The translations under genes were made by a program, and so were the position numbers. This document shows, piece after piece, positions 17,606 through 30,497 of a DNA stretch of 53,190 bases. The notes under the pieces were generated by a model. It was not told the DNA's origin. It saw only the letters and a program-made list of their open reading frames with translations, and did not search any database. Every line of letters starts with the position of its first letter. Position 1 is the first letter of the stretch. The stretch lies in assembly GCA_902522015.1 (NCBI GenBank), contig CABYTX010000004.1:1-53190 (forward strand), read 5' to 3'. This DNA is from an uncultured Alphaproteobacteria bacterium (GTDB taxonomy: Bacteria; Pseudomonadota; Alphaproteobacteria; HIMB59; GCA-002718135).

Positions 17606-18958
17606 ATGAATACAAAAGAATTAAAAACAACAAAACTTTATAAGGAATACTCATTAGAAATTCCTTATGAAGAAATTGATATTGAAGTAGATAATAAAAT
17701 AAATCAAATATTACCTACTGTTAATATTCCCGGTTTTAGAAAAGGTAAAGCTCCACTAAATATTGTTAAAAAAAAATATGAAGACAATATTTTAAATGAA
17801 GTAATTCAAAAAGTAATAGATACAAATACAAAAAAATTAATTGATGAAAAAAAATTTTCTCTTTTAAGAGCTCCTAAAGTTGAACTTACTAATTACGAAA
17901 AAAATAAGCCAATAACAATAAATTTAAAATTTGATTTAAAACCTGAAATCAAACTTAAAGATTTTAAAGATCTTAAAATTAATAAGTATGAAATTGAATT
18001 AGGTAAAAAAGCAGAAGAAAATCAATTTAAAAGTTTTATTGACTCACAAAAAAATTTTAAAAAAATTGAAAGTTCGAGAGAGGTTAAAAATTCTGACAAG
18101 GTAATTGTTAATTTTGAATCCTCCCAAGAAGATCTTCCAGAATATTTAAAATCTCAAAAAAATTTTGCCATTGATTTGGGTTTTGATGATGGAATACTTC
18201 CAGGTTTAAATAAAGAATTGATTGAAAGAAAAGTAAAAGTTGGAGATAAATTTGAATTAAAAATCAACTTATCTAAAATTCTTAAAGATGAAAAATTTAA
18301 AAAAACAACTTTTAATTTTGAAATAATTTCAATTGAAGAAAAAATTAAATTTGAACTTACACAAGATTTTTTAGATAAGAATGGTTTCAAAACTGAAAAG
18401 GACCTTAGAGATTTCCTAGTGAGTAATATGAAATCTCAATATGAACAAGGAATAAAACAAATTGAAAAAAAAGAATTGATGGATCTATTAGATAAAAGTT
18501 ATGAATTTGAATTACCTGATGGTGTATTAGAAGATGATTTTAATCAAATATGGAGTCGTTTAGAAAATGCAAAAAAAGAGGGCACATTAGATGAGGATGA
18601 TAAACAATTAAAAGATGATGATCTTAAAAAAAGATATGAAAAAATATCGGAGAGAAGAGTCAAGCTTGGCTTATTGATGCAACATATAGCCTCAGAAGAA
18701 AAAGTAGTTATTTCTGAAGAAGAAATTAATAAAGGAATATTAGAGTATAGTAGTCAATACCCAGGCCAAGAAAAGCAAATTATGGAATATTTTGAAAAGA
18801 ATCCTTCATCATTGGATACTATAAGAGCACCTCTTATTGAACAAAAAGTAATTGAATCAATTATTTCCAAATCCAAAACAAATGTTATAAAATTAAATGA
18901 AGATCAATACAAAAAACTTGAAGTTAAAACATTTGATATTAAAGATACAAAAAAATGA
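17606..18958 (+). CDS. tig: Trigger factor
   Basis: [10 protein letters not shown] ribosome-binding signature, ERRVKLGLL; tig-clpP-clpX synteny. Confidence 0.95.
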   Translation: MNTKELKTTKLYKEYSLEIPYEEIDIEVDNKINQILPTVNIPGFRKGKAPLNIVKKKYEDNILNEVIQKVIDTNTKKLIDEKKFSLLRAPKVELTNYEKNKPITINLKFDLKPEIKLKDFKDLKINKYEIELGKKAEENQFKSFIDSQKNFKKIESSREVKNSDKVIVNFESSQEDLPEYLKSQKNFAIDLGFDDGILPGLNKELIERKVKVGDKFELKINLSKILKDEKFKKTTFNFEIISIEEKIKFELTQDFLDKNGFKTEKDLRDFLVSNMKSQYEQGIKQIEKKELMDLLDKSYEFELPDGVLEDDFNQIWSRLENAKKEGTLDEDDKQLKDDDLKKRYEKISERRVKLGLLMQHIASEEKVVISEEEINKGILEYSSQYPGQEKQIMEYFEKNPSSLDTIRAPLIEQKVIESIISKSKTNVIKLNEDQYKKLEVKTFDIKDTKK

Positions 18959-19566
18959 AAGATCCGATAGATAATATTACCAACAACCTTATTCCAATGG
19001 TTGTTGAGCAATCATCAAGAGGCGAGAGATCTTACGACATCTATTCGAGATTGTTAAAAGAAAGAATAATTTTTCTTACTGGCCCAATCGACGATAACAT
19101 TGCAAGTCTAATATGTGCACAAATATTATTTCTAGAGTCTGAAAACCCAAAAAAAGAAATTTCTTTTTATATTAATTCTCCCGGAGGTATTGTTTGGTCA
19201 GGATTAGCAATTTACGATACTATGCAGTATGTTTCCTCTAAAATTATGACTATTTGTATTGGGCAAGCTGCATCAGCAGGCTCACTTCTTTTAACTGCTG
19301 GTGAAAAAGGAATGAGATTTTCTCTTCCTAATTCAAGAATAATGATTCATCAACCTAGTGGAGGTATGCAAGGTCAGGTTACAGATATTGAAATTCAAAC
19401 TAATGAAATTAAAAAAACAAAATTGAAATTAAATGAAATTTATTCAAAACATACAGGAAAGAAATTATCAGAAATTTCAAGTATCATGGAAAGAGATAAA
19501 TATTTTTCAGCTGACGAGGCCATTAAATTTGGCCTTATAGATAAAGTTGTAAAGGATAGGAAATAA
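18955..19566 (+). CDS. clpP: ATP-dependent Clp protease proteolytic subunit
   Basis: [37 protein letters not shown]. Confidence 0.98.
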   Translation: MKDPIDNITNNLIPMVVEQSSRGERSYDIYSRLLKERIIFLTGPIDDNIASLICAQILFLESENPKKEISFYINSPGGIVWSGLAIYDTMQYVSSKIMTICIGQAASAGSLLLTAGEKGMRFSLPNSRIMIHQPSGGMQGQVTDIEIQTNEIKKTKLKLNEIYSKHTGKKLSEISSIMERDKYFSADEAIKFGLIDKVVKDRK

Positions 19567-20831
19567 TGAATAAAAAAAATGATAAGGATTCATTATTTTG
19601 TTCTTTTTGTGGCAAAAATCAAAAAGAAGTTAAAAAATTAATAGCTGGCCCAACTGTTTTTGTTTGTGATGAATGTGTCGAGCTATGCATGGATATTATT
19701 AAAGAAGATAATAAAAATAATAAATTTAAAATTAAAAAAGATATACCAAAACCATCGGAGATTAATAAATTTTTAAATGATTATGTAATAGGTCAAAAAG
19801 AGTCAAAAAAGATATTATCAGTTGCTGTTTATAATCATTATAAAAGATTATCATCCAATCTAGAAAATGATAACATTGAAATTTCAAAATCAAATATTCT
19901 TTTAGTTGGCCCTACTGGCACAGGCAAAACATTATTAGCTCAGACTTTAGCAAAAATTTTAGATGTACCTTTCACAGTTGCTGATGCAACGAGTTTAACC
20001 GAAGCAGGATATGTTGGGGAGGATGTTGAAAATATTATCCTAAAATTATTGCAAGCATCCGATTATAATGTTGAGCGCGCACAAAAAGGAATTGTTTATA
20101 TTGACGAGATTGATAAGATTGGAAGAAAAAGTGACAACCCTTCTATAACAAGAGATGTTTCTGGAGAAGGTGTTCAACAAGCCTTACTAAAAATAATGGA
20201 AGGAACAATAGCTAGCGTTCCACCACAAGGTGGAAGAAAACATCCTCAGCAAGAATTTTTACAAGTTGATACTTCAAACATACTTTTTATATGTGGAGGA
20301 GCATTTTCAGGTTTGCAGGAAATCATAAATTATCGTTTAAAAGGAACTGCTATAGGCTTTAATTCAAAATTAGATTTAGAACCAAAAAAAACTATAGGCG
20401 CATCACTACAAAAACTAGAGAACCAAGATTTATTAAAATTTGGCATGATACCAGAATTTGTAGGAAGGTTGCCCGTAATAACTACTCTAAATGAATTGGA
20501 CGAAGATATGCTAATCAAAATAATGACTCAACCAAAAAATGCTATTGTTAAGCAATTTGAATCTCTAATGAAAATGGATGGCGTAAAATTAGAAATTAAA
20601 GAGGATGCCTTGAAAGAAATTGCAAAGTTAGCAGTATCGCAAAATACTGGAGCCAGAGGTTTAAGATCTATAATAGAGGAATCATTGATGGATCTTATGT
20701 ACAAAGTTCCAGATCAAAAAGATTTATATAAAGTAGTTATAAATAAAGATGTAATAGCAAAAAAATCTGATCCAATTTTAATTTATTCAAATAAAGAAAA
20801 TAATCAAAAATTAATGTCGAATAACTCTTGA
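19566..20831 (+). CDS. clpX: ATP-dependent Clp protease ATPase subunit
   Basis: CSFCGK zinc finger, [26 protein letters not shown] motif, IGF loop. Confidence 0.98.
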   Translation: MNKKNDKDSLFCSFCGKNQKEVKKLIAGPTVFVCDECVELCMDIIKEDNKNNKFKIKKDIPKPSEINKFLNDYVIGQKESKKILSVAVYNHYKRLSSNLENDNIEISKSNILLVGPTGTGKTLLAQTLAKILDVPFTVADATSLTEAGYVGEDVENIILKLLQASDYNVERAQKGIVYIDEIDKIGRKSDNPSITRDVSGEGVQQALLKIMEGTIASVPPQGGRKHPQQEFLQVDTSNILFICGGAFSGLQEIINYRLKGTAIGFNSKLDLEPKKTIGASLQKLENQDLLKFGMIPEFVGRLPVITTLNELDEDMLIKIMTQPKNAIVKQFESLMKMDGVKLEIKEDALKEIAKLAVSQNTGARGLRSIIEESLMDLMYKVPDQKDLYKVVINKDVIAKKSDPILIYSNKENNQKLMSNNS

Positions 20832-20854
20832 ATTTGAGCAATAAATAGACATTT
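20827..20854 (+). promoter_or_regulatory. Possible sigma-32 promoter of lon
   Basis: CTTGAA-N15-GACATTT just upstream of lon; the -10 element is an imperfect match. Confidence 0.35.
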
Positions 20855-20861
20855 ATATATC

Positions 20862-23228
20862 ATGGTAAAAAACTTACTTCCTGTTCTTCCACTTAGAGAT
20901 ATAGTTGTATTTCCAAACATGGTCGCTCCATTGTTTGTTGGAAGAGAACAATCAGTAAATGCTCTTAATCATGTAATGACAGGTGAAAAAAAAATTTTTT
21001 TAATTTCTCAAAAGAATTCAAAAGTTGATAACCCTGATAAAGAAAACCTATATTCTTTTGGAACAGTTGCCAAAGTTATCCAGTTATTAAAACTTCCTGA
21101 TGGTACTCTTAAGGTTTTGGTTGAAGGTTTACAAAGAGCAAAAGTTGATAAAATAAATTTTAATAAAGATTTTATCACAGCAATAATTACAGAAATTAAT
21201 CAAAAAGTTAAGAAAAACTCAAACATAAAAGCTTTGCAAAAACTCATAATTGAACAATTTATTGAATTTCAAAAAATTAATAAAAAAGTTTCTCAAGACG
21301 TAATTGATAATGTGAAAACGTTAAATGATCCCAATAAGATCGTTGACATAATTGTATCAAATATTTCAATTTCATTATCTCAAAAACAAGAAATTTTAGA
21401 AATTATAAATACAGAAGATAGACTTAACAAAGTCTATGGTTATTTGGTCTCTGAAATCGACTCTTTTCAAGTTGAGAAAAAGATAAAAGGTCGAGTTAAG
21501 AGACAAATGGAGAAAACACAGAAAGAATATTATTTAAACGAACAAATGAAAGCAATTCAAAAAGAACTTGGGGACAATGAAGATTTGGATGAAATTGCTG
21601 AGCTTGAGAAGAAATTAAATCAATATAAATTATCTAAAGAAGCTAAAGAGAAATGTGTCTCGGAAATTAAAAAATTAAAAAATATGAGCCCTATGTCAGC
21701 AGAGGCAACTGTAATTAGAAACTATCTAGACTGGGTAATGTCAATACCATGGAATAATCCTGATCAAATTTCTCAAAACATCAAAAAAGCATCATCAATA
21801 TTAGAGAACGATCACTATGGATTGGATAAGGTTAAAGAGAGAATTCTCGAATATTTAGCAGTTCAAAAAAGAACTAATAAACTCAAAGGACCTATACTGT
21901 GTTTAGTTGGCCCACCGGGTGTTGGAAAGACATCTCTTGGTAAATCCATCGCTAATTCAACAGGAAGAAGTTTTGTTAGAATGTCTCTTGGGGGTGTAAG
22001 GGATGAAGCTGAAATAAGAGGTCATAGAAAAACATATATTGGTTCAATGCCTGGAAGATTTATTCAAGCAATGAAAAAATCAAAATCCTCTAACCCACTT
22101 ATTTTACTTGATGAAATTGATAAGCTTGGCTCTGATTGGAGAGGAGATCCATCTTCTGCTCTTCTAGAAGTTCTTGATCCTGAGCAAAATAGTAAATTTA
22201 ATGATCATTACTTAGAACTTGACTATGATCTTTCCGATGTAATGTTTGTGTGTACTGCTAATACTCTTAATATACCACCAGCTCTTCTTGATAGAATGGA
22301 GGTTATAAGAATACCTGGTTATACAGAAAAAGAAAAAAATCAAATTGCAAAAAGATATTTGGTTCCAAAACAAATTAAAAATCATGGAATAAAAAAATCT
22401 GAGATCTCATTTAATTCTAAAGTTTTAAACTCTATTATTAGAAATTATACCAGAGAGGCGGGAGTAAGAAATCTTGAAAAAGAAATCTCAAAAGTTTGTA
22501 GAAAAACTGTAAAAAAATTAGAAACTACTAAATTAAAAAAAATTAACCTAAATGATAAATCTTTACATGATCTACTCGGTATTCCACGATTTAGATCAAG
22601 TGAAATTGAAAGAAAGCATTTGGTAGGCGTCACGAATGGTTTGGCTTGGACAGAAGTAGGTGGAGAAATTTTATCAGTCGAGGTTATTCTATCTACTGGC
22701 AAAGGAAAACTCACTTTAACAGGTAAATTAGGTGAAGTGATGAGAGAATCAATTCAAGCAGCTACTTCATATGTAAAGTCAAAATCTGTTAGTCTGGGAA
22801 TAAACCCTAAAGATTTTGAAAATTATGACATCCACATTCATGTGCCTGAAGGAGCCACCCCTAAAGATGGACCAAGTGCTGGTATAGCAATTTTTAATTC
22901 TTTAGTTTCATCATTGACTAATAATAAAATTAAAAGAGATGTTGCAATGACTGGAGAAATTACCCTTAGAGGTCGTGTTTTGCCTATAGGTGGTTTAAAA
23001 GAGAAGATATATGCTGCTAGTAGAGCAGGTATTAAGAAAGTTCTTATACCTCAAGAAAATTTCAGGGAAGTTTCTGAATTTGATAAAGAAGTTATTAAAG
23101 GAATTAAGATAATACCTGTTTCAGATGCTTTTTCAATTCTTGAGCACACATTAATAAAACCAATAATTCCATTAAATTTAACCGAATCTCAATTAAAAAA
23201 TAATCAAAATACAACTAGTACACATTAA
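20862..23228 (+). CDS. lon: Lon protease
   Basis: LPLRDIVVFP, GPPGVGKTS, HRKTYIGSMPG, PKDGPSAG, IGGLKEK. Confidence 0.98.
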   Translation: MVKNLLPVLPLRDIVVFPNMVAPLFVGREQSVNALNHVMTGEKKIFLISQKNSKVDNPDKENLYSFGTVAKVIQLLKLPDGTLKVLVEGLQRAKVDKINFNKDFITAIITEINQKVKKNSNIKALQKLIIEQFIEFQKINKKVSQDVIDNVKTLNDPNKIVDIIVSNISISLSQKQEILEIINTEDRLNKVYGYLVSEIDSFQVEKKIKGRVKRQMEKTQKEYYLNEQMKAIQKELGDNEDLDEIAELEKKLNQYKLSKEAKEKCVSEIKKLKNMSPMSAEATVIRNYLDWVMSIPWNNPDQISQNIKKASSILENDHYGLDKVKERILEYLAVQKRTNKLKGPILCLVGPPGVGKTSLGKSIANSTGRSFVRMSLGGVRDEAEIRGHRKTYIGSMPGRFIQAMKKSKSSNPLILLDEIDKLGSDWRGDPSSALLEVLDPEQNSKFNDHYLELDYDLSDVMFVCTANTLNIPPALLDRMEVIRIPGYTEKEKNQIAKRYLVPKQIKNHGIKKSEISFNSKVLNSIIRNYTREAGVRNLEKEISKVCRKTVKKLETTKLKKINLNDKSLHDLLGIPRFRSSEIERKHLVGVTNGLAWTEVGGEILSVEVILSTGKGKLTLTGKLGEVMRESIQAATSYVKSKSVSLGINPKDFENYDIHIHVPEGATPKDGPSAGIAIFNSLVSSLTNNKIKRDVAMTGEITLRGRVLPIGGLKEKIYAASRAGIKKVLIPQENFREVSEFDKEVIKGIKIIPVSDAFSILEHTLIKPIIPLNLTESQLKNNQNTTSTH

Positions 23229-23364
23229 TATTTATTTAAAAAAAAACATTGAATTAAGCCAATTAACTGATAAATTCCTTTATTTCTGGGAAAATTTTCA
23301 TAATAATGTTGACTTGTTGGGAAAACAGACAATTATCATCAAAAATTAATAAAGGAGATTAAAA

Positions 23365-23640
23365 GTGAATAAAAATGATCTTATCGCATCTGTAGCATCT
23401 TCCGCAGGATTATCTAAATCTGACGCAACTAGAGCAATTGAAAGCTTTCTAGATGCAATAACTAATTCTTTAAAAAGAGATGAAAAGGTTAGCATTGTAG
23501 GTTTTGGTAATTTCAGTGTTAGTCACAGAAAAGCAACTACTGGTAGAAATCCTAGAACAGGTGAATCAATTCAAATACCAGCATCTAAAAGACCTAAATT
23601 TACTGTAGGAAAAGCTCTAAAAGACTCAGTAAACAATTAA
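23365..23640 (+). CDS. hup: DNA-binding protein HU
   Basis: MNKNDLI, VGFGNF, GRNPRTGE, PKFTVGKALKD; RBS AAGGAG, GTG start. Confidence 0.96.
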   Translation: MNKNDLIASVASSAGLSKSDATRAIESFLDAITNSLKRDEKVSIVGFGNFSVSHRKATTGRNPRTGESIQIPASKRPKFTVGKALKDSVNN

Positions 23641-23659
23641 TTATCTTTTTTTCTTGCAC

Positions 23660-23694
23660 CGGCTGTTAAATAAATTTAACAGCCGATTTTATTT
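23660..23694 (+). terminator. Terminator-like hairpin after hup
   Basis: Perfect 11-bp stem CGGCTGTTAAA-TAAA-TTTAACAGCCG followed by ATTTTATTT. Confidence 0.65.
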
Positions 23695-23770
23695 GGGTGT
23701 TTAGCTCAGTTGGTAGAGCATCTCGTTTACACCGAGAGGGTCGGGAGTTCAAGTCTCTCAACACCCACCA
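23695..23770 (+). tRNA. tRNA-Val(TAC)
   Basis: GGGTGTT/AACACCC acceptor, TCTCG-TT-TAC-AC-CGAGA, ACCA end. Confidence 0.97.
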
Positions 23771-23773
23771 TGC

Positions 23774-23850
23774 GCGGGAGTAGTTCAGCTGGTTAGAACG
23801 CTGCCCTGTCACGGCAGAGGCCGCGGGTTCGAATCCCGTCTCTCGCGCCA
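23774..23850 (+). tRNA. tRNA-Asp(GTC)
   Basis: GCGGGAG/CTCTCGC acceptor, CTGCC-CT-GTC-AC-GGCAG, GCCA end. Confidence 0.97.
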
Positions 23851-23949
23851 CTTGTTTCAGTGTTTTTTGTGTACTAAAGTCGCAACGAGACACGTTGTTA
23901 TTGTTGAATAAATCGTTAAATACATTACTAATTTATTTGTGAGATTATA

Positions 23950-24315
23950 GTGTCAGAATTTCTATTTGAATATTTACCAATTCTAATTTTTATTTTCATA
24001 GCTTTGGCTTTGGCTGTTGGAATGACTTTATTATCTTTTGTGGTAGGAGACTCTCAACCAGATCAAGAAAAATTATCTGCTTATGAGTGCGGGTTTGAGG
24101 CTTTTGATGATGCTCGTGGACGATTTGATGTAAGGTTTTATTTAGTAGCAATATTATTTATTATCTTTGATTTAGAAGTTGCTTTCCTGTTTCCATGGGC
24201 AATAACCCTTGGTAAAATTGGATTGTTTGGTTTTTGGTCAATGATGATTTTCCTGACTGTTTTAACTATTGGTTTTATTTATGAATGGAAAAAAGGAGCT
24301 TTAGAATGGGAGTAG
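23950..24315 (+). CDS. nuoA: NADH-quinone oxidoreductase subunit A
   Basis: [41 protein letters not shown]. Confidence 0.98.
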   Translation: MSEFLFEYLPILIFIFIALALAVGMTLLSFVVGDSQPDQEKLSAYECGFEAFDDARGRFDVRFYLVAILFIIFDLEVAFLFPWAITLGKIGLFGFWSMMIFLTVLTIGFIYEWKKGALEWE

Positions 24316-24818
24316 ATGAAGCAAAAAAAATTGTTGATGATACTCTAAACACAGAATTATCATCTAAAGGTTTTTTAGTCGCTAGCTACGATAAAATTCT
24401 TACTTGGGCTAGAACTGGTTCCTTATGGCCAATGACTTTCGGATTAGCATGTTGTGGAGTAGAAATGATACATTCTTACATGGCAAGATATGATTTAGAT
24501 CGTTATGGAGTCATACCTAGAGGTAGTCCTAGACAATCTGATGTAATGATTGTTGCTGGCACACTAACAAATAAAATGGCACCGGCTTTAAGAAAAGTTT
24601 ATGATCAAATGCCTGAACCTCGGTGGGTAATATCCATGGGATCATGTGCAAATGGTGGAGGATATTATCACTACTCTTACTCAGTAGTTAGAGGGTGTGA
24701 TAGGATAGTTCCAGTTGATGTTTATGTGCCAGGATGCCCACCAACAGCAGAAGCATTAGTTTACGGTATATTGCAATTACAGAAAAAAATTAGAAGAGAA
24801 AATAAATTTAAAAGATAA
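24306..24818 (+). CDS. nuoB: NADH-quinone oxidoreductase subunit B
   Basis: [37 protein letters not shown]; MGV start at 24306. Confidence 0.98.
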   Translation: MGVDEAKKIVDDTLNTELSSKGFLVASYDKILTWARTGSLWPMTFGLACCGVEMIHSYMARYDLDRYGVIPRGSPRQSDVMIVAGTLTNKMAPALRKVYDQMPEPRWVISMGSCANGGGYYHYSYSVVRGCDRIVPVDVYVPGCPPTAEALVYGILQLQKKIRRENKFKR

Positions 24819-24824
24819 TTTTAT

Positions 24825-25406
24825 ATGATTAAAATTCTTACTAAAATAGATGGTATAAATAATGTTTTAGAGAATGCTAATTTGTTAGAAATAGAATTTG
24901 AAAAAAATAACATTATAAAAATTTTTAACGAATTAAAAGATATCAGTGAGCTTAATTTTAATCAATTATTAGATATTACAGCTGTTGACTATCCTTCAAG
25001 AGAATTTAGGTTTGATATAGTTTATATTTTACAAAGTTTGATAAATAATAAAAAGATTATTCTTAAAACTTTTATTAAAGAAAATGAAAAAATAGAATCA
25101 ATAACCAATATTCACAAATCTGCGGATTGGTATGAAAGAGAATGTTATGATTTATTTGGAATTGAATTTATTAACCATCCTGATTTAAGAAGGATAATGA
25201 CTGATTACAATTTTGAAGGTTATCCGTTGCGCAAAGATTTTCCTTTAACAGGACATACAGAAGTTCGCTACGATGATCTTGAAAAAAAAGTAATATATGA
25301 GCCTGTTAAGTTAACTCAAGAATTCAGAAATTTCGATAGTGAATCTCCTTGGGAAGGAATGGAAAACAAACTTTTTGGTGATGAGAAATCTACTGGTGAA
25401 AATTAA
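24825..25406 (+). CDS. nuoC: NADH-quinone oxidoreductase subunit C
   Basis: ITAVDYP, WYERECYDLFG, HPDLRRIMTDY, PLRKDFPLTG. Confidence 0.97.
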   Translation: MIKILTKIDGINNVLENANLLEIEFEKNNIIKIFNELKDISELNFNQLLDITAVDYPSREFRFDIVYILQSLINNKKIILKTFIKENEKIESITNIHKSADWYERECYDLFGIEFINHPDLRRIMTDYNFEGYPLRKDFPLTGHTEVRYDDLEKKVIYEPVKLTQEFRNFDSESPWEGMENKLFGDEKSTGEN

Positions 25407-26585
25407 ATGAAAGAAGTAGAGCTTAATACAACTACAATTAACTTTGGTCCTCAACATCCAGCTGCGCATGGTGTTTTACGTTTAGTAGTTGAGCTTGAAG
25501 GTGAAGTAGTTCAAAGAGCAGAACCACACATCGGATTGTTACATAGGGGCACAGAAAAATTAATTGAATATAAAACTTATCTTCAAGCTGTCCCTTATTT
25601 TGATAGGCTTGATTACGTTTCACCAATGTGTCAAGAACATGCTTTTGCATTGGCAACTGAAAATCTCCTAGGTATCAATGTTCCTGAAAGAGCTAAATAT
25701 ATACGAGTTATTTTTGCTGAAATTACTAGAATACTAAATCATTTATTAAATATACCTGCCTATGCTGCTGACATTGGTGCAGTGACACCTTTTTTATGGT
25801 GTTTTGAAGAAAGGGAAAAGCTTTTGGAGTTTCATGAAGCAGTTTCTGGGGCAAGATTTCATGCAGCCTATTTTAGACCTGGCGGCGTTCATCAGGATAT
25901 GCCAGAAGGAATGGAAGAGAAATTATTTGACCATTTTAAAACTCTTCCAAAATTTATTGATGATCTTGAAAGCTTGCTGACTAATAACAGAATTTTAAGA
26001 CAAAGATCAGTTGATATAGGAATAATTTCAAAGTCAGAAGCAATTGAATGGGGGTGTTCGGGTCCTGTATTAAGAAGTGCAGGTGTAGCATGGGATTTAA
26101 GAAGATCTCAACCTTATGACGCTTATGATCAAGTTGATTTTGAAGTTCCTGTTGGAAAAAAGGGTGATTGTTTTGATCGATATTTAGTTCGCATAGAGGA
26201 AATGAGACAAAGCATTAGTATTATTAACCAATGTTTAAATAAAATCAAACCTGGTCCAATATCAATTGAGGATAATAAAATTACTCCCCCTAAAAGAAAT
26301 CAAATGAAAAAATCAATGGAAGCCTTAATTCATCATTTTAAACTTTTCACTGAAGGTTACCGTGTTCCCTCTGGTCAAGTTTATAGTGCAGTAGAAGCTC
26401 CAAAGGGTGAATTTGGCGTTTACCTTGTTTCTGATGGATCTAGTAAACCATATAGATGTAAAATAAGAGCACCAGGTTTTGCACACCTTCAAACATTAGA
26501 ACATTTATCTAAAGGTCACTTAATGGCTGACATAGCTGCTATACTAGGTAGCTTAGATATTGTTTTTGGAGAGATAGATAGATAA
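25407..26585 (+). CDS. nuoD: NADH-quinone oxidoreductase subunit D
   Basis: [40 protein letters not shown]. Confidence 0.98.
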   Translation: MKEVELNTTTINFGPQHPAAHGVLRLVVELEGEVVQRAEPHIGLLHRGTEKLIEYKTYLQAVPYFDRLDYVSPMCQEHAFALATENLLGINVPERAKYIRVIFAEITRILNHLLNIPAYAADIGAVTPFLWCFEEREKLLEFHEAVSGARFHAAYFRPGGVHQDMPEGMEEKLFDHFKTLPKFIDDLESLLTNNRILRQRSVDIGIISKSEAIEWGCSGPVLRSAGVAWDLRRSQPYDAYDQVDFEVPVGKKGDCFDRYLVRIEEMRQSISIINQCLNKIKPGPISIEDNKITPPKRNQMKKSMEALIHHFKLFTEGYRVPSGQVYSAVEAPKGEFGVYLVSDGSSKPYRCKIRAPGFAHLQTLEHLSKGHLMADIAAILGSLDIVFGEIDR

Positions 26586-27184
26586 TGCATCATCCAGGTA
26601 CAAATAATAAAGTATATAAAAAAATTAATGATAATTTTGAATGGTCATCAGAAAATTTTAAAAAAATTTCTGAAATAATAAAAAAATATCCATCAAACCG
26701 TATTCAAAGCGCAGTTATTCCTTTACTTGATATAGCACAAAGACAAAATAATGGATGGCTAAGTAAAAACTCAATGGAAAAAGTAGCTGAAACTCTAAGT
26801 ATGTCTTACATCAGAGTGTTAGAAGTTGCCACTTTTTATTCGATGTTTAATTTAGAACCTATTGGTAAAAATTTTGTCCAAATTTGTAGAACGACACCTT
26901 GTTGGTTAAGAGGGAGTGATAAACTGTCTAAAGTTGCACAAGAAGTTTGCGAAACTAATATTGGTGGGACAAGTGATGATGGAATATTTACAGTTGTTGA
27001 AGTTGAATGCTTGGGTGCATGTTGCAATGCTCCTATGGTCCAGATCAATGATGATTATTATGAAGATTTAGATGAAGAGAGTTTTAAGAAAATACTTCAA
27101 GATTTAAAAGATAATAAATCAATAAAAGTAGGTTCACAAATTGGTAGAAAATCATCACAACCTGAAAGAAAATTTGATGCTTAA
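26585..27184 (+). CDS. nuoE: NADH-quinone oxidoreductase subunit E
   Basis: [26 protein letters not shown] [2Fe-2S] motifs. Confidence 0.97.
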   Translation: MHHPGTNNKVYKKINDNFEWSSENFKKISEIIKKYPSNRIQSAVIPLLDIAQRQNNGWLSKNSMEKVAETLSMSYIRVLEVATFYSMFNLEPIGKNFVQICRTTPCWLRGSDKLSKVAQEVCETNIGGTSDDGIFTVVEVECLGACCNAPMVQINDDYYEDLDEESFKKILQDLKDNKSIKVGSQIGRKSSQPERKFDA

Positions 27185-28451
27185 GGAAAAAGATAAAATT
27201 TTTAAAAATTTATACGGTTTTGAAGACTGGAAATTAGAAGGTGCCAAAAAAAGAGGCATTTGGTCAAATACTAAAGAACTTATTAAAATGGGTAGTGATA
27301 AAATTGTTGAGGAAATTAAAAATAGTCAATTAAGAGGAAGGGGAGGAGCAGGTTTCCCTGCGGGACTTAAGTGGTCATTTATGCCAAAAGATTCTGGAAA
27401 AGACCATTACCTAGTTGTTAATGCAGATGAGTCAGAGCCAGGTACATGCAAAGATCGAGAAATTATGAGAAATGACCCTCATCTTCTTTTAGAAGGTTGC
27501 TTTGTTGCTGGCTTTGCAATGCATGCACACACCTGCTACATTTACATAAGGGGTGAATATTATTCTGAAGCTTCTAATTTACAAAAAGCAATAGATGAAG
27601 CATATGCAAATAATTTAATTGGTAAAAATGCATGTGGTACAGGATGGGATTTTGACATTTATCTTCACAGAGGAGCAGGAGCATATATTTGTGGAGAAGA
27701 AACCGCCTTACTTGAAAGTTTAGAGGGTAAAAAAGGCCAGCCTCGATTAAAGCCTCCGTTTCCTGCTGGTGCAGGTTTATATGGATGTCCTACAACAGTT
27801 ACAAATGTTGAAACAATTGCTGTTTCTCCGACTATTTTAAGACGTGGTTCTAAATGGTTTGCTAATTTAGGTAGTGCAAATAATACAGGTACAAAAATTT
27901 TTAGTATTTCTGGACACGTTAATAACCCTTGTAATGTAGAAGAAGAAATGGGCATACCACTGAAAGATCTCATTGAAAAGCATGCAGGTGGGGTAATTGG
28001 TGGTTGGGAAAATTTATTAGCTGTAATTCCTGGAGGCGCAAGTGTACCTTTATTACCTAAGTCTATTTGTGATACTGTTAAAATGGATTTTGATAGCCTA
28101 AAAGAAGTTCAAAGTGGACTAGGAACTGCGGCTGTTATTGTAATGAATAAATCAACAGATATTGTTGAAGCAATAGCTAGATTATCACATTTTTATAAAC
28201 ATGAAAGCTGTGGTCAATGCACACCTTGCAGAGAAGGTACTGGATGGATGTACAGAATGATGGAAAAAATGATTCATGGAAATGTTAAACATGAAGATAT
28301 TGATAAAATTATAGATGTGACTAAGCAAATTGAAGGCCATACTATTTGTGCCTTAGGCGATGCTGCCGCTTGGCCTATTCAAGGTTTGTTTAGACACTTT
28401 AGACCTGAAATTGAAAAAAGAATCCAAGAAAGAAATAGAAGAGTAGCTTAG
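27177..28451 (+). CDS. nuoF: NADH-quinone oxidoreductase subunit F
   Basis: [47 protein letters not shown]; MLKEKD start at 27177. Confidence 0.98.
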   Translation: MLKEKDKIFKNLYGFEDWKLEGAKKRGIWSNTKELIKMGSDKIVEEIKNSQLRGRGGAGFPAGLKWSFMPKDSGKDHYLVVNADESEPGTCKDREIMRNDPHLLLEGCFVAGFAMHAHTCYIYIRGEYYSEASNLQKAIDEAYANNLIGKNACGTGWDFDIYLHRGAGAYICGEETALLESLEGKKGQPRLKPPFPAGAGLYGCPTTVTNVETIAVSPTILRRGSKWFANLGSANNTGTKIFSISGHVNNPCNVEEEMGIPLKDLIEKHAGGVIGGWENLLAVIPGGASVPLLPKSICDTVKMDFDSLKEVQSGLGTAAVIVMNKSTDIVEAIARLSHFYKHESCGQCTPCREGTGWMYRMMEKMIHGNVKHEDIDKIIDVTKQIEGHTICALGDAAAWPIQGLFRHFRPEIEKRIQERNRRVA

Positions 28452-30490
28452 TGCCAAAGATAACAATTGATAATAAAGAATACGAATTTGAACACGGTAT
28501 GACCGTAATGCAAGCTTGTGAGCAAGCAGGAACTGAAATTCCAAGATTTTGTTATCATGAAAAACTCTCAATAGCAGGAAACTGTAGAATGTGTTTAGTA
28601 GAAATGGAAAAAGCTCCAAAACCTATTGCATCATGTGCCATGCCAGCTGCAGATGGAATGGTTATAAAAACTAATACCGAAACAGTTAAAAAAGCTCGTA
28701 AAGGTGTAATGGAGTTTCTTCTTATTAATCATCCATTGGATTGCCCTATTTGTGATCAAGGAGGAGAGTGTGATCTTCAAGATCAAGCTATGTATTATGG
28801 TTTTGATAAAACTAGATATGAAGAAAATAAAAGAGCAGTTCAAAATAAAAATATGGGACCACTTGTCAAAACAATTATGACAAGATGTATTCATTGTACA
28901 AGATGCGTAAGGTTTTCTACAGAAGTTGCTGGAGTTGATGATATAGGATTGCTTGGCAGAGGTGAAAATGCTGAGATCACTACATACTTAGAAAAAACTA
29001 TTGAGTCAGAATTATCTGGAAATGTAATTGATTTGTGTCCTGTTGGTGCTTTAACAAGTAAGCCATACGCATTTAAATCTAGACCATGGGAACTAACTAA
29101 GACAGAAACATTCGATGTGTTTGATGGCATAGGTTCAAGTATAAGAATTGATACAAGAGGAAAAAAAGTTTTAAGAGCTCTTCCTAGAATAAATGAAGAA
29201 ACCAATGAAGAATGGATAAGTGATAAATCTAGATTTGCAATTGATGGACTCTCAAGTCAAAGATTGGATAATGTATATTCTAAATCAAATAAAAAACTCC
29301 AAAAATCTTCATGGGATGATGCATTTGAATTAATAAAAAAAGAAATTACAAAAAGAGGTAAAGAAAATACTGTATTCCTATCTGGTAAGTTTACCGATAT
29401 TGAAACTTTATATTCTGCACAAAAATTTAGCAATTCACTAAAATCAAAAAACTATGATTGCAGATTTGATAATACACAAATTATCGATAATTCATCTTCA
29501 AGTTATAAATTTAATTCAACAATTCAAGAAATTGAAAAGGCTGATGCTATTCTTTTAATCGGATCTAATCCTAGATGGGAAGCGGCGGTACTAAACGCTA
29601 GAATTAGAAAGGCATATATTGAAAATAACTGCAAAATTGGCCTTATAGGTCCTAAATTAGATCTTACTTACGATTATCATCATTTATCTGATTCTTTAGA
29701 TTACCTTAATAATTTATCTAATAATAAATCTGAATTCAATAAAGTTTTAAAATCTGCAAAAAACCCACTTATAATTTTAGGTACTTCAGCAATAAATAAT
29801 GATCATGGAAAAAAAATATTAGAAACTGCAGGATTAATTGCGAAAAAAATTCAAAAAAATAAAAATATAAATCCATTAAATATTCTTAACCAAGATATAT
29901 CTAGAGTAGGAGCATTGGATTTGAAATTTTATAATAAAAAATTTGATAATGATTACAATAAACAATTAAAAAAACATATTGATAAAACAAAGCCTGTAGT
30001 TTTCTTAATGGGGTTAGATGAAATAAATTTTTCAACATTTGAAAATGCTTTTGTTGTTTATCTTGGTCATCATGGAGACGTTTCAGCATCTATAGCTGAT
30101 ATAATTTTACCAACCCCTGCATATACCGAGAAAAGTTCTACTTATATGAATATTGAAGGTAGAGTTATTCAAACAACTAAGTGTCATAATCCAATAGGTG
30201 AAGCAAAAGAGGAGTGGAAAATTTTTAGAGTTTTAAGCGACTTATTTGAAAAAAATTTAAATTTTAATAATCTTGGAGAGCTTCGAAATGAGCTTACAAG
30301 TACCTATGGTCAATTTGCTCTCTTAAATGAAGTTAATTCTGTTGGCGAAATAACTTTTGCTAAAAATAATAAAATTGAGAATATTAAAATTAAATATAAC
30401 ATTGAAAATTTTTATATGAATGATTCTATTTCTAGATCTTCTGAAACAATGGCAAAATGTACTAAAGATATTTTAAATAAGGCAGCATAA
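28451..30490 (+). CDS. nuoG: NADH-quinone oxidoreductase subunit G
   Basis: [45 protein letters not shown]. Confidence 0.98.
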   Translation: MPKITIDNKEYEFEHGMTVMQACEQAGTEIPRFCYHEKLSIAGNCRMCLVEMEKAPKPIASCAMPAADGMVIKTNTETVKKARKGVMEFLLINHPLDCPICDQGGECDLQDQAMYYGFDKTRYEENKRAVQNKNMGPLVKTIMTRCIHCTRCVRFSTEVAGVDDIGLLGRGENAEITTYLEKTIESELSGNVIDLCPVGALTSKPYAFKSRPWELTKTETFDVFDGIGSSIRIDTRGKKVLRALPRINEETNEEWISDKSRFAIDGLSSQRLDNVYSKSNKKLQKSSWDDAFELIKKEITKRGKENTVFLSGKFTDIETLYSAQKFSNSLKSKNYDCRFDNTQIIDNSSSSYKFNSTIQEIEKADAILLIGSNPRWEAAVLNARIRKAYIENNCKIGLIGPKLDLTYDYHHLSDSLDYLNNLSNNKSEFNKVLKSAKNPLIILGTSAINNDHGKKILETAGLIAKKIQKNKNINPLNILNQDISRVGALDLKFYNKKFDNDYNKQLKKHIDKTKPVVFLMGLDEINFSTFENAFVVYLGHHGDVSASIADIILPTPAYTEKSSTYMNIEGRVIQTTKCHNPIGEAKEEWKIFRVLSDLFEKNLNFNNLGELRNELTSTYGQFALLNEVNSVGEITFAKNNKIENIKIKYNIENFYMNDSISRSSETMAKCTKDILNKAA

Positions 30491-30497
30491 TAATTAT

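Noticed and set aside
23666-23893. 75-aa minus-strand ORF in the track
   Set aside because: It is the antisense of tRNA-Val and tRNA-Asp.
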